Source: an uncultured Gammaproteobacteria bacterium
GTDB lineage: Bacteria; Patescibacteriota; Microgenomatia; Daviesbacterales; UBA10151
Direction of reading: 5' to 3'
Length of the DNA stretch: 64,000 nt
NCBI GenBank assembly: GCA_964500725.1
Contig: CAZCNP010000003.1
Coordinates: forward strand, 59,476 to 123,475
Both the position numbers and the translations under genes were made by a program. Below are positions 27,720-37,406 of this stretch, one piece after another (the stretch's first letter is position 1; the number at the start of each line of letters is the position of its first letter). Under the pieces are notes generated by a model. The model saw nothing but the letters and a program-made list of their open reading frames with translations. It searched no databases and was not told the origin of the DNA.

Positions 27720-30647
27720 GTGATAGAATGCTACGATTTACGCGTGGACCAAATCACCGAAAATAGCAATAGAAAAAATAGCATTTCCCTTTCGCGAAAT
27801 ACCCCTGTAGCTTTAGTTGTGGGGGCTGCTTCATTTTTAGGGTCCCATTTAGTTGACAGGTTACTGGAGAAGGGTATACAAATAGTAGGAATAGATGACC
27901 TAAAGAAGGGGAAAAGACAAAACCTCCACAAAGCAACAGAAAATAAAGACTTCCATCTTTTAATAGAATCCCCTGAAAGACTGGAAATAGATTTACCTAG
28001 GCTTGATTATATTTTTATAGTTCCTACGGAGGAAGCTGGGTTAAAAAGGGTATTAGATATTGCTGAAAAGTATACTTGCAGGTGTCTTTTGGTTTCCTCA
28101 ATTGATCTTTATGATAAGGAGAAGCAAGGCTCAGCTGGATTGAGGTGGTTAAAGGAAGTGGAAAAAGAAGTTGCCAGGTTTGCCTCGGAGCATAAATTGA
28201 ATGCCAGGATAGTCAGGTTAGGAAGTGTTTACGGGCCCAGGATGGAGTTTGCTGGCAAAGACCCAATAGTTAAGCTAATACAACAGGCTTTAACAGATAG
28301 CTTGCAAAAGGATGTAACTTTAGAGTTTTCATCAAGAGCTCTTTATATATCTGATGCTGTAGATTTATTAATTAAAACTATGCTGGCTGGAAGTACTGCC
28401 CAAAAGATTTTTGATGGGGTAGAGCTTGATCCGATTAAGGTGGCAGAGATAAAGCAGGTGTTGCTGGACCCTATTTGGTATGAAACAAGGGATTTTGCTC
28501 CCACACCATTGCCTCCTTGGCCAACTCCAAACTTGGAAAAGACTGTTCAATTTTTAAATTGGCGCCCCAAATCAAAATTGGTTGCAGGTTTGAGACATAC
28601 TTTAAGTTATTTTAAGGATAACGAGATAGAGGTGCCGGAAATAGAAGTCTCAGGTTTTAAAGATCAGGCTGATGTAGCGCTAGAAAAAGTTGAACCGGAA
28701 AAGGAGGCCTTAGGAGAAGAAAAAAAGAAGCTGCTGGAGGAGCTAAAGCCGGAGAAAAAAGAGGGGACACCTAAAGCAAAAAACAAGATCTTAACAAGAC
28801 TGTCTGTACCTTTGTCCAAAATATATCTAGTTTTGCTTATCTCTCTGGTGACTTATGCCTTAATTTGGCCAAGCTTGCTGCTGGGATGGGGGATTTTGAC
28901 TTTTAGGTCCCAGCTCAGCGCTGGTTTAAAAAGCTTGCAAGAGGGGGAGTTTGAACAAGGTTTACAAAGCATTAAGCAGGCAGAGGAGGGAGTAGAAATA
29001 GCCAAATCGGTTTTTGAAATAGCGCAGCCTATTAAAAGTACAGGGTTATTAAAACAAGAATTTGAAACAGGAGAACGGATTTTGACTTTGTCTAATCTGT
29101 CAATAACTTCTGCCAAAAGCACAATTTTAGGCACAAGGGCGCTTCTGCAAAGCTTGAAAGCGGTAACAGGGGAGTTAAATGAATCTCCGGGTGAATATTT
29201 TGATGAGGCACAAGCAGAGTTATCTGCAGCTACTGAGGATTTGTCTAAGGCCTCAGCTATTTTAAAAAATGAAAATTTTACTAAAAATCTTCCTCAAATA
29301 CTTGCCTTTAGGGTGGCTGGTATTTCTGAAAAGTTAGGTTCTTATACAGATTTGGCAAATAAAGCTCAAACTATGAGCATTTTACTACCCAAGCTGGTGG
29401 CGATGGATGGCAGCAGGAGCTATTTAATACTGCTGCAAAATAATATGGAATTGCGGCCGGCTGGTGGTTTTATTGGTTCATTTGCCAAGGTTTCTTTAGA
29501 GGGCGGTAAATTAAAAAAGCTGGATGTTAATGATATTTATACTATAGATGGACAACTGGGTATTCAGGTTGAACCTCCCAAAGAAATAAAAACTGATTTA
29601 GGGCAAAACTATTGGTATTTAAGAGACTCAAATTGGGAGCCAGACTTTCCTACCAGCGCCAGGCAAGCTGAGTGGTTTTATACAAAAGAAACAGGGGAAA
29701 GGGTAGAGGGGGTAATAGCTTTGGATATTTCTGCGATGGAGGATTTGCTATCTAATATTGGTTCTTTGGAATTGCCGGATTATAAAGAAAAGATTACTAT
29801 TGAAAACCTGTTTGAGAGGGCAATTTCTTATGCTGAGTTGAGTTTCTTTCCCGGGTCACAAGCCAAAAAAAGTTTTCTAACAGCCTTGACTAATGAGCTT
29901 TTTAATAAAATGTTTTTCTTGCCTCAACAGAATTTCTGGCCAAAGATTGTTTCTAGTTTAGGTAAATCTTTAGAGGAAAAACACATTAGTGTTTACCTTA
30001 ATGATCCTAAAGATTTCTCTTTTATACTTTCCCAAAATTGGGCCCAAGCTATGCCTAGGCAATCTGCTCAAAATGAAGACAATGACTTTTTAAGCTTGGT
30101 TGAAGCTAATTTAGGAGCAAACAAAGTTAATTATTATCTAGAAAGAGCCTACAATTTAGAAACAGTAGTAGGAAAATATGGAGAAGTCAAACACAGACTC
30201 AGGGTAAATTATACAAACAGAAGCCCCTCTGATACTTTTCCTGGGGGAAAATACAAAAATAGAATGAGGGTGTATTTGCCATTTGGGTCAGCACTCACCA
30301 GAGTTTTATGGGGGGAGACAGATATCACCAAAGAGGCAACAAGCTTTGTAGATTATGGCAGATCAGGTTATTCTCTGTTGTTAGAACTTGCTCCTAAGGA
30401 GCAGAAGACCCTAGTTTTGGATTATACAGTTCCTATCAAATTAGATTTTAAAGATAGCAGAGCTAATTACAGGTTGGATGTTGTAAAACAAGCAGGGACT
30501 TTAAAAGATCCTTTCAAATGGACAATTACCTATCCATTAAGTTACAAAGTGGTTTCTGGCCAAACTAAAGTAATCGGCCCACAAGAACATACAATTTCTA
30601 CAGATCTATCTAAAGATAGGAGTTTTGAAGTACAATTTAGCAAGTAA
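27720..30647 (+). CDS. Fusion protein, NAD-dependent epimerase/dehydratase-like Rossmann domain plus TM plus DUF4012 extracellular domain
   Basis: The N-terminus 'VVGAASFLGSHLVDRL' is a GxxGxxG motif. A TM segment sits near aa 365-390. 'LLQNNMELRPAGGFIGSF' is the DUF4012 hallmark. Confidence 0.6.
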   Translation: MIECYDLRVDQITENSNRKNSISLSRNTPVALVVGAASFLGSHLVDRLLEKGIQIVGIDDLKKGKRQNLHKATENKDFHLLIESPERLEIDLPRLDYIFIVPTEEAGLKRVLDIAEKYTCRCLLVSSIDLYDKEKQGSAGLRWLKEVEKEVARFASEHKLNARIVRLGSVYGPRMEFAGKDPIVKLIQQALTDSLQKDVTLEFSSRALYISDAVDLLIKTMLAGSTAQKIFDGVELDPIKVAEIKQVLLDPIWYETRDFAPTPLPPWPTPNLEKTVQFLNWRPKSKLVAGLRHTLSYFKDNEIEVPEIEVSGFKDQADVALEKVEPEKEALGEEKKKLLEELKPEKKEGTPKAKNKILTRLSVPLSKIYLVLLISLVTYALIWPSLLLGWGILTFRSQLSAGLKSLQEGEFEQGLQSIKQAEEGVEIAKSVFEIAQPIKSTGLLKQEFETGERILTLSNLSITSAKSTILGTRALLQSLKAVTGELNESPGEYFDEAQAELSAATEDLSKASAILKNENFTKNLPQILAFRVAGISEKLGSYTDLANKAQTMSILLPKLVAMDGSRSYLILLQNNMELRPAGGFIGSFAKVSLEGGKLKKLDVNDIYTIDGQLGIQVEPPKEIKTDLGQNYWYLRDSNWEPDFPTSARQAEWFYTKETGERVEGVIALDISAMEDLLSNIGSLELPDYKEKITIENLFERAISYAELSFFPGSQAKKSFLTALTNELFNKMFFLPQQNFWPKIVSSLGKSLEEKHISVYLNDPKDFSFILSQNWAQAMPRQSAQNEDNDFLSLVEANLGANKVNYYLERAYNLETVVGKYGEVKHRLRVNYTNRSPSDTFPGGKYKNRMRVYLPFGSALTRVLWGETDITKEATSFVDYGRSGYSLLLELAPKEQKTLVLDYTVPIKLDFKDSRANYRLDVVKQAGTLKDPFKWTITYPLSYKVVSGQTKVIGPQEHTISTDLSKDRSFEVQFSK

Positions 30648-31489
30648 TGGAATATTCGGGCATTCTTGCTGCGGTTGGAGCAGCTTTAGCTTGGGGAACC
30701 TTTATGGTTCCTTTTAAAATATCTAAATCAAGTAAGCTGGTATTATTTCAGGCTTTTATGTCTGTGGGGATTTTAATCTCCGGGTTGGTTTTATCTTTAA
30801 TATTAGGTTATCCTTTAAAACCAAATATCTATGGAATCTTTGCAGGAGTAATGTGGGCAATTGCTAATTTACTGGCTTTGAGTGCTATTTCTAATTTGGG
30901 GCTTTGCAGGGCAGTTCCACTACTTTCTTCTTTGGTGGTAATATCTTCCTTTTTATGGGGAGCATTAGTTTTTGGAGAGCTGCCTGCAGGCATATTATTA
31001 GGTGTTGTTGGTGTAATGCTAATTATTTTAGGAGTTGTATTGGTAAGTACAGTTGGAAGCAATCAAGCTTTGAATATAAAAAAAGGATTGCTTGCTGGAG
31101 TAGTGGCTGGTTTAATATTTGGCAGCCAGCTGGTGCCATTAAAAATTGGCCATGTTACAACAGGGGAGGCATTCTTTTCTACAGGGCTTGGTATTTTTGT
31201 TACAGCCATGATGGTTACTATTTTTAGCAGAACCAAATTTTCTAAAGAGATTTTTAAAGCAGGTTTATTAAGTGGTGTAATTTGGAACATGGGTAATTTA
31301 TTATCTTTGATCTCTTTATCCTTAATTGGTTTATCTAAGGCAGGGCCTATCAGTCAAATTGCCACAGCAGTAGCAGTTTTGTGGGGGTTATTTTATTTTA
31401 AAGAGGTTACAATACCAGCAGCAAAACTTCAGGTTTTAATGGGATCAATTATCTTGCTTGTAGGGGTAATTATCTTGGGATTGGCCTAA
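30647..31489 (+). CDS. DMT-superfamily (GRP/EamA-like) 10-TM transporter
   Basis: 280 aa, entirely hydrophobic helices with an internal two-fold repeat. Confidence 0.45.
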   Translation: MEYSGILAAVGAALAWGTFMVPFKISKSSKLVLFQAFMSVGILISGLVLSLILGYPLKPNIYGIFAGVMWAIANLLALSAISNLGLCRAVPLLSSLVVISSFLWGALVFGELPAGILLGVVGVMLIILGVVLVSTVGSNQALNIKKGLLAGVVAGLIFGSQLVPLKIGHVTTGEAFFSTGLGIFVTAMMVTIFSRTKFSKEIFKAGLLSGVIWNMGNLLSLISLSLIGLSKAGPISQIATAVAVLWGLFYFKEVTIPAAKLQVLMGSIILLVGVIILGLA

Positions 31490-31536
31490 CTCTTGCTCCG
31501 CAAGCTCAAATGTGGTAAATTACCTTCACCTAAAAT

Positions 31537-32295
31537 ATGGATAGATTAAGTTTAAATGCTGAGGAACGAAAAATCCTTGGTAAAAAAGTTAAAAGTTTGA
31601 GAAAGAATGGCCAGCTTCCTGGTCATGTGTTTGGTAAGGGGATAGAAACTGAAGCAGTTTCAGTAGATGGTAAAACTTTCCTTAAAACCTTTAAAGAAGC
31701 AGGAGAGACTGGTTTGATTGATTTAAAGATTGGAACAGAGAAGGTAAGACCTGTAATGATAAAAGGAGTCCAGTATGATCCAGTTTCAGGAGATCCTGTG
31801 CATATAGATTTTTACCAGGTTAATTTGACTCAAAAAGTTAAAGTGCCTGTTCCTTTAGTTTTGATTGGAGAGCAGCCAGAATCAGTTCATATGGGCGAGA
31901 CAATTGTCCTGCAAACTTTAAATGAGATAGAAGTAGAAGCTCTGCCTACTGATTTAATAGAAAAGATTGAAGTTGATATTACATCTTTGAAAAATATTGA
32001 TGATGCTATCACTGTTGGGCAGCTGCAATTTGATAGAAGTAAATTAACAGTAAGCGCAGGAGAAGAAGAGATTGTTGTTAAACTTGCTCCAGCCATTACT
32101 GAAGAGATGAAGAAACAAATGGAGGAAGCAGCCGCAGAAGCTGCAGCCGCAGAGGCAGCTGGCGCTGAAGAGGGTGCTGCTGCTCCTGCTGCTGAAGGCG
32201 AAGAAGGTGCTCCTGCAGAAGGTGAAGCCCCAGCAGAGGGTGAACAAGCCCAAGGTGGAGCTACTGAAAGTGATAAAGAAGCTCCAAAAGAATAA
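31537..32295 (+). CDS. rplY: 50S ribosomal protein L25/Ctc with an Ala/Glu/Gly-rich C-terminal tail
   Basis: 'MDRLSLNAEERKILGKKVKSLRKNGQLPGHVFGKG' is an L25 N-terminus. The C-terminal ~60 aa are low-complexity and acidic. Confidence 0.8.
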   Translation: MDRLSLNAEERKILGKKVKSLRKNGQLPGHVFGKGIETEAVSVDGKTFLKTFKEAGETGLIDLKIGTEKVRPVMIKGVQYDPVSGDPVHIDFYQVNLTQKVKVPVPLVLIGEQPESVHMGETIVLQTLNEIEVEALPTDLIEKIEVDITSLKNIDDAITVGQLQFDRSKLTVSAGEEEIVVKLAPAITEEMKKQMEEAAAEAAAAEAAGAEEGAAAPAAEGEEGAPAEGEAPAEGEQAQGGATESDKEAPKE

Positions 32296-32326
32296 GTTGT
32301 TCGGTATTTTTGCGTTAATTCTGCGG

Positions 32327-34432
32327 TTAATTAGCCTCAGGCCATTTTGTTATCATTATAGATTCTCCTTTATGAGGTAACTTCTGCCAAAGTTCCTCTG
32401 TAATATATGGCATAAATGGGTGTAAAAGCTCCAAACAGGTTCTAAAAACATACTCTAAAACAGGTTGAGCTTCTACTCTTCTATCTTTTGAGCTTTCAAT
32501 ATATTTATCTGCAAATTCATGCCAGATAAATTCATATAAAGCATCTGCCCCATCATGAAATCTGTATGACTCTATAGACTGAGAAACTGTTTTAATAGTT
32601 GCAGATAGCTTTTCCAAAATATCTTTGTCATCTTTGTTGGCTATCTTAATGTTTATATTAGGATCTAAATGTTTTGCCTCCTCAGGAGCAAAATCAATAA
32701 TAAACCTGCCTATATTCCACAGTTTATTAGTAAAATTTCTCATAGCCTGAAGTTTTGGGTGAGATAAAGCTTGATCATGTCCAAAAGCAGTTCCATACAC
32801 CAAAGCCATCCTTAAAGCATCTGCTCCATATTGATTGGCAATATCAATAGGATCAACCACATTGCCTTTGGATTTACTCATCTTTTTGCCTTGAGGATCT
32901 AAAACTTTGCCATGCAGGACAATATTTTTGAAAGGTATTTTACCTGTAGTATAGATTCCTAACATTACCATCCTGGCTACCCAGAAAAGTAAAATATCAT
33001 ACATAGTTTCCATAACAGTTGTAGGATAAAACTTCTCAAAATCTTCAGGTTGGCTTGCCCTGAGCGTAGCGAAGGGCCATTGCCCGGAAGAAAACCAGGT
33101 ATCAAACACATCAGTATCTCTTTCTAAGGTAACATTGTCGCAATTGTTGCAAGCCTGGGGAGTTTCTCCTTCTGTAACTGTCCACTGTTTGCATTGCCCG
33201 CAAAACCAGGCTGGAATCTGCATTCCCCAAACAATTTGCCTGGAAATATTCCAATCCCGGATATTTTTGAGCCAATTAAAATAAGTTGATTCCCAGTTTT
33301 TTGGATAAATTTTTATTTCTTTGTTTTTGACTACCTCAATAGCTTTTTTAGCCAAGCCTTCCATTTTAATAAACCACTGCTCCAAAGGTAGAGGTTCTAT
33401 TTCTGTGCCGCATTTATAACAAACACCAACTCTGTTTTTATAATTTTCATCCACTTTTTCAAGCAGGCCCTTGTCCTGCATCTCTTGAGCAATGGCATAT
33501 CTCGCTTCCTTGACTCTCATGCCGGCAAATTTGCCGGCTTTTTCATTTAACCTGCCGTCAAAGCCAATTACCTGTTTTATTTCTAAATTATGTCTTTGCC
33601 CCATTTCAAAATCCACCGGAGCATGAGCCGGAGTTACCTTAATAACACCTGTTCCAAAATTAGGATCAACCGCTTTGTCTGCAATTACTTTAATTTTGGC
33701 AGGGCCTAAAACTGTTTCTATCTCGATGGTTTGTCCAATGTATTTTTGGTATCTTTTATCATCTGGGTGTACAGCCACAGCTGTGTCCCCAAATTTAGTT
33801 TCCGGTCTTACTGTGGCTAAGGTTAATGGTCCATATCTGATGTAATAAAGTGGGGTAGTTCTATCTTCATATAAAACCTCTAAATCAGAAAAGCTGGTGC
33901 CATCTTTAGTGCAGTAATTGACCAGCCTGTTAGCACGGTAAGCCAGACCCTCATCAAACATCTTTTTAAAAGTTTGATAAATAATTTTGACAATATCAGG
34001 GTCAAGGGTATATTTAAGTCTGCTCCAGTCCAGAGAAAAGCCCATTCTTTTCATCTGTACCCTCATATTGCCTCTGTTTTCTTCCACAAAATCCCAAATC
34101 ATCTGATAGAGGGTAGGCCTGTCATAGTCAAAACGGGATTTGCCAATTTTTGCAAGATTTTTCTCAAATACAAATTGGGTTTCAGTACCAGCGTGGTCCT
34201 CACCAGGCAGCCATAAAGCAGCAAAGCCTTTCATGCGGTAGAAACGTATTAAAATATCCTCCACTACATACATAGCATGGCCAAAATGCAAACTGCCATT
34301 AGCATTTGGTGGAGGTAAAATAATAGTAAAAGGCTTGCCCTCCGGGTTTATCTCAGGCTTAAAATACCCCTTATCTTCCCAGAGTTTATACCATTTATCT
34401 TCAACTTTGCTTTGATCATAAATTTTGTCCAT
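32327..34432 (-). CDS. valS: Valyl-tRNA synthetase (compact class I aaRS)
   Basis: HIGH region 'PPPNANGSLHFGHAM' fits the ValRS pattern PPPNVTG.LHMGHA, and KMSKS is present as 'KMSKSKGN'. The 701-aa length lacks the usual C-terminal coiled coil. Confidence 0.7.
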   Translation of the reverse strand: MDKIYDQSKVEDKWYKLWEDKGYFKPEINPEGKPFTIILPPPNANGSLHFGHAMYVVEDILIRFYRMKGFAALWLPGEDHAGTETQFVFEKNLAKIGKSRFDYDRPTLYQMIWDFVEENRGNMRVQMKRMGFSLDWSRLKYTLDPDIVKIIYQTFKKMFDEGLAYRANRLVNYCTKDGTSFSDLEVLYEDRTTPLYYIRYGPLTLATVRPETKFGDTAVAVHPDDKRYQKYIGQTIEIETVLGPAKIKVIADKAVDPNFGTGVIKVTPAHAPVDFEMGQRHNLEIKQVIGFDGRLNEKAGKFAGMRVKEARYAIAQEMQDKGLLEKVDENYKNRVGVCYKCGTEIEPLPLEQWFIKMEGLAKKAIEVVKNKEIKIYPKNWESTYFNWLKNIRDWNISRQIVWGMQIPAWFCGQCKQWTVTEGETPQACNNCDNVTLERDTDVFDTWFSSGQWPFATLRASQPEDFEKFYPTTVMETMYDILLFWVARMVMLGIYTTGKIPFKNIVLHGKVLDPQGKKMSKSKGNVVDPIDIANQYGADALRMALVYGTAFGHDQALSHPKLQAMRNFTNKLWNIGRFIIDFAPEEAKHLDPNINIKIANKDDKDILEKLSATIKTVSQSIESYRFHDGADALYEFIWHEFADKYIESSKDRRVEAQPVLEYVFRTCLELLHPFMPYITEELWQKLPHKGESIMITKWPEAN

Positions 34433-34452
34433 AAATTGCGCTTTTAACTATA

Positions 34453-34773
34453 TTATAGAACAATTATCCGGTTGTTGGTTTGGCTGAGCACCACCCGTAC
34501 TTCCCTATAATTATAAGAAGCCATCCCGTTTTCGCCATGATCATCTTCAAAGACAATATGGACCATGTTTGTTATTGGATTGACAATTACCACCCTCAGT
34601 CTGGTGTCATATACAGAAGGAGGTGTTGTTATTGCCAGGACAGAGGTAACATTTCCTCGTTGTCTCTTGTGGGTGTGATCATATGGAAAATATAACCTGA
34701 TGGTATCAGATCCTGGCAGACCAGGTTGATTCCAGTCTTTGTTGAGACGGTCAAATAGTTCTCTTTCCTGCAT
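34453..34773 (-). CDS. Hypothetical small protein (106 aa)
   Basis: An ORF between valS and tsaD on the same strand with no recognisable motif. Confidence 0.35.
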   Translation of the reverse strand: MQERELFDRLNKDWNQPGLPGSDTIRLYFPYDHTHKRQRGNVTSVLAITTPPSVYDTRLRVVIVNPITNMVHIVFEDDHGENGMASYNYREVRVVLSQTNNRIIVL

Positions 34774-34801
34774 AAACTATAAGTTTACTCCTTTAAGCAA
34801 T

Positions 34802-35797
34802 TTACGTCAAGGATAAGCCAGGATTTGCCTGCAGGATTAAGGGGTTAACCGGATGGTAATTAAAAAAAGCTGCAGCTGCAATCATGGCTGCATTATCTGT
34901 GCAAAGCTCTGGAGGTGGTACATGTAATTTTGTTTTCAATTGTAAATTGTAAATTGTAAATTGTAAATTTCTAACCAGTTTCTGGTTAGCTGCCACTCCT
35001 CCTGCAATCATAATTTGTTCAACTGGGTATATTTTGGTTGCTAAAATAATCTTATCTATTAATGATTTTACAATAGTTTCTTCAATTGCTGCAGCCAAGT
35101 CTGCTTTATCTTTTTCGCTCCGAACTAAATTAGCTACTGCCGTTTTTAAGCCAGAGTAGGAAAAATCCAAGTCTTTACTGCCCTTCATAGGTACTGGTAG
35201 ATTAAATTTGGTTGGGTTACCTTGTTTGGCTAACTTACTAATCTCAGGCCCTCCTGGGTAAGGCAACCCTAAAAGCCTGGCGCATTTATCAAAACACTCA
35301 CCAGCTGCATCATCTCTAGTACCACCAAGGTATTTATATTTTCCGTGATTTTCAAATAAAACCAGGTCAGTATGCCCACCAGAGACGAGGAGTCCAAGAC
35401 AGGGGAATTTAGGTACTTCCTTGCCAATCCAATTTGCATAGAAGTGTCCAATCAAATGATTTACTGGGATTAAAGGTTTTTCCCAGATTAAGCTTAAAGT
35501 TTTGGCAGTTTCAACTCCTACTAAAAGAGAACCGATCAGTCCAGGACCAAAGGTAACAGCAATAGCATTTATATCATTAATCTTAAATCTTGAATCGTTA
35601 ATCGCTGTTTCTATCACTGGAATAATACTTTTGATTTGTTCTCTGGCTGCCTGTTCTGGGATTATTCCTCCATATTTAGCTTGTAAGGTAGCTGATGAAG
35701 CCACCACATTGGATAAAATAGTTATCCGATCTCCCTGTTTTTGCAATACAGCAGCTGCTGTTTCATCACAAGAAGTCTCGATACCAAGAATTATCAT
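34802..35797 (-). CDS. tsaD: tRNA N6-adenosine threonylcarbamoyltransferase TsaD (Kae1/Gcp family)
   Basis: 'MIILGIETSCDETAAAVL' and 'CTDNAAMIA' are present. Length is 331 aa. Confidence 0.9.
   Translation of the reverse strand: MIILGIETSCDETAAAVLQKQGDRITILSNVVASSATLQAKYGGIIPEQAAREQIKSIIPVIETAINDSRFKINDINAIAVTFGPGLIGSLLVGVETAKTLSLIWEKPLIPVNHLIGHFYANWIGKEVPKFPCLGLLVSGGHTDLVLFENHGKYKYLGGTRDDAAGECFDKCARLLGLPYPGGPEISKLAKQGNPTKFNLPVPMKGSKDLDFSYSGLKTAVANLVRSEKDKADLAAAIEETIVKSLIDKIILATKIYPVEQIMIAGGVAANQKLVRNLQFTIYNLQLKTKLHVPPPELCTDNAAMIAAAAFFNYHPVNPLILQANPGLSLT
34937..34970. repeat. Heptanucleotide microsatellite (TGTAAAT x4 plus a partial copy) inside the tsaD coding sequence
   Basis: Read directly as caat|tgtaaat|tgtaaat|tgtaaat|tgtaaat. 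It encodes 'NLQFTIYNLQL' in TsaD. Confidence 0.9.
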
Positions 35798-36207
35798 GAG
35801 AACATTTTAACAGAATGCATCTTTAGCCATTTGGAGATTTGCTCAACTGTATAATCTTGATCGTGGGCTTTTCTGACAAATTTAACAGCCTCTTTTCTTT
35901 TAAATTCTACACTCCATTTATTCTTTTCCAGAAATGTAATAGCAGAAAAAAAGGAAGTTCTTTTGTTGCCATCTAAAAAAGGGTGGTTATTGATTATAGA
36001 ATGCAAAAGTGCAGCAGCTTTATCAAAGATGGATTTATAGGCATCCTGGAATCCAACTGACATTTGAGGCCTACCTACAGCTGATTTGAGTAATGATAAA
36101 TCTCTGACACCATGGATACCACCAAATTGGGAAACCATCTCTTCATTAATAGCAACCACCTCTGCTTCAGATAAATAGTGGATTATATTCTTGCTAAGTC
36201 TTGCCAT
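35794..36207 (-). CDS. doc: Doc (death-on-curing) Fic-family toxin
   Basis: 'HPFLDGNKRTSF' is the Fic/Doc motif HPFxDGNKR. Length is 137 aa. Confidence 0.8.
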   Translation of the reverse strand: MARLSKNIIHYLSEAEVVAINEEMVSQFGGIHGVRDLSLLKSAVGRPQMSVGFQDAYKSIFDKAAALLHSIINNHPFLDGNKRTSFFSAITFLEKNKWSVEFKRKEAVKFVRKAHDQDYTVEQISKWLKMHSVKMFS

Positions 36208-36422
36208 ACCCCTGCATATTTTTTAGAGAGTTTTTTAATAATCTTTGCTACTTCGGGGTCGATATCAGTAGGCTTCTTGATTCTTTTTTCATGAACCAAC
36301 AATAGGCCTTCATTTGTCTGCTTCCACTCTACTTGTGACCCATCCCTGATAGAGAGCTGGTGGGCATAAACTTTAGGCACTGTGACGGCCAAAGAATTAC
36401 CATTTTTAAATACTTTTCTCAT
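36183..36422 (-). CDS. AbrB/MazE/SpoVT-type antitoxin, partner of Doc
   Basis: 'MRKVFKNGNSLAVTVPK' is a swapped-hairpin AbrB-type motif. The start is taken at the internal Met (complement of 36420-36422) rather than the 148-aa track ORF. It overlaps doc by 25 nt. Confidence 0.6.
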   Translation of the reverse strand: MRKVFKNGNSLAVTVPKVYAHQLSIRDGSQVEWKQTNEGLLLVHEKRIKKPTDIDPEVAKIIKKLSKKYAGVWQDLARI

Positions 36423-36479
36423 GTGATTATTATACCACAAATGTACTGACAATGTACTGACATAAAATATTGATCTGGA

Positions 36480-37406
36480 TTGCTCCAGAAGAGAGATCTT
36501 GTAGTATCTATAAAGATAAGCTATTTTAGGTACATGGCTTTTGATAATATCCCCCGTACTCATTGTTTTTCTTTGGGAGATCTTCATGAATATGATAGAT
36601 GTGTATTTTCTTTCTTTGTAAAACACCATTTAGGTAAAAAATATGAACTGGCAGAAGGTAATGCAAATCAAGTTATAGGAACACTTTTGGACATAGCTAT
36701 GAAAAAGCTTCATCAAACACAAGCTTATGATCAGCCCCCAGAATACCTGCAAAATTTAGTAAAAGCTGCAGAAAGAATCATCAGAGAAGATGTGGAAAAG
36801 CGGGGTAAAAATTCCTTTTATGGTGCTCAAATAGAATTTTTGACTGAAGAAACTATCTTAAAGGCTCAGGAAATATTTAAAAAGTATACTGAAAATTTAG
36901 CTGGCAAATATAAAAAATATGTTCAAACTGCTATTTCTCAAAGGCCTAAACCTTTTTGGGAAAGGGTTATAGCTTCACAGCAATCTTTAAAATTATGGGG
37001 AGCCCCGGATGCTATAGAAATGGGTGAAGATGGAATACCTGAGGTGGTTGATTATAAATATTTTGAAGATTTGGAAAGAGCCCAAAAGAATATCGATATG
37101 GATTTGATGCCTAAAGTTTATACCCTTCTTTGTGCTCAAGACCTGCAAGAGTCAGGTTATTCTAGAGTTAGATTTAAAGTCAGGTTCTGGCAAGATCCCA
37201 AAAATGAGTCTTTTTATGAGGAGTTTGATCTTTTAACTGCCCAAAATCTAGAAAACTTTTTAAAAGATAAAATAGAAAGAATTTTAAGGACTACTGAGAT
37301 CTCTTTTTGTGAGAAAGCATATTGTCAAGTTTGTCTTCATCCTGACAGGCCAAAATGGCTGCAGGAATTAGCAGATAAAGGTTTTTCAAAATTATGGAAA
37401 GAGTAA
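36480..37406 (+). CDS. Cas4/RecB-like PD-(D/E)xK nuclease with a Cys cluster (standalone)
   Basis: '…PDAIEMGEDGIPEVVDYKY' matches the D…ExVDYK RecB-nuclease motif III. There is an N-terminal Cys (HCFSLGDL…C) and a C-terminal 'CEKAYCQVC' Fe-S-like cluster. The real start may be the Met at 36534. Confidence 0.5.
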   Translation: MLQKRDLVVSIKISYFRYMAFDNIPRTHCFSLGDLHEYDRCVFSFFVKHHLGKKYELAEGNANQVIGTLLDIAMKKLHQTQAYDQPPEYLQNLVKAAERIIREDVEKRGKNSFYGAQIEFLTEETILKAQEIFKKYTENLAGKYKKYVQTAISQRPKPFWERVIASQQSLKLWGAPDAIEMGEDGIPEVVDYKYFEDLERAQKNIDMDLMPKVYTLLCAQDLQESGYSRVRFKVRFWQDPKNESFYEEFDLLTAQNLENFLKDKIERILRTTEISFCEKAYCQVCLHPDRPKWLQELADKGFSKLWKE

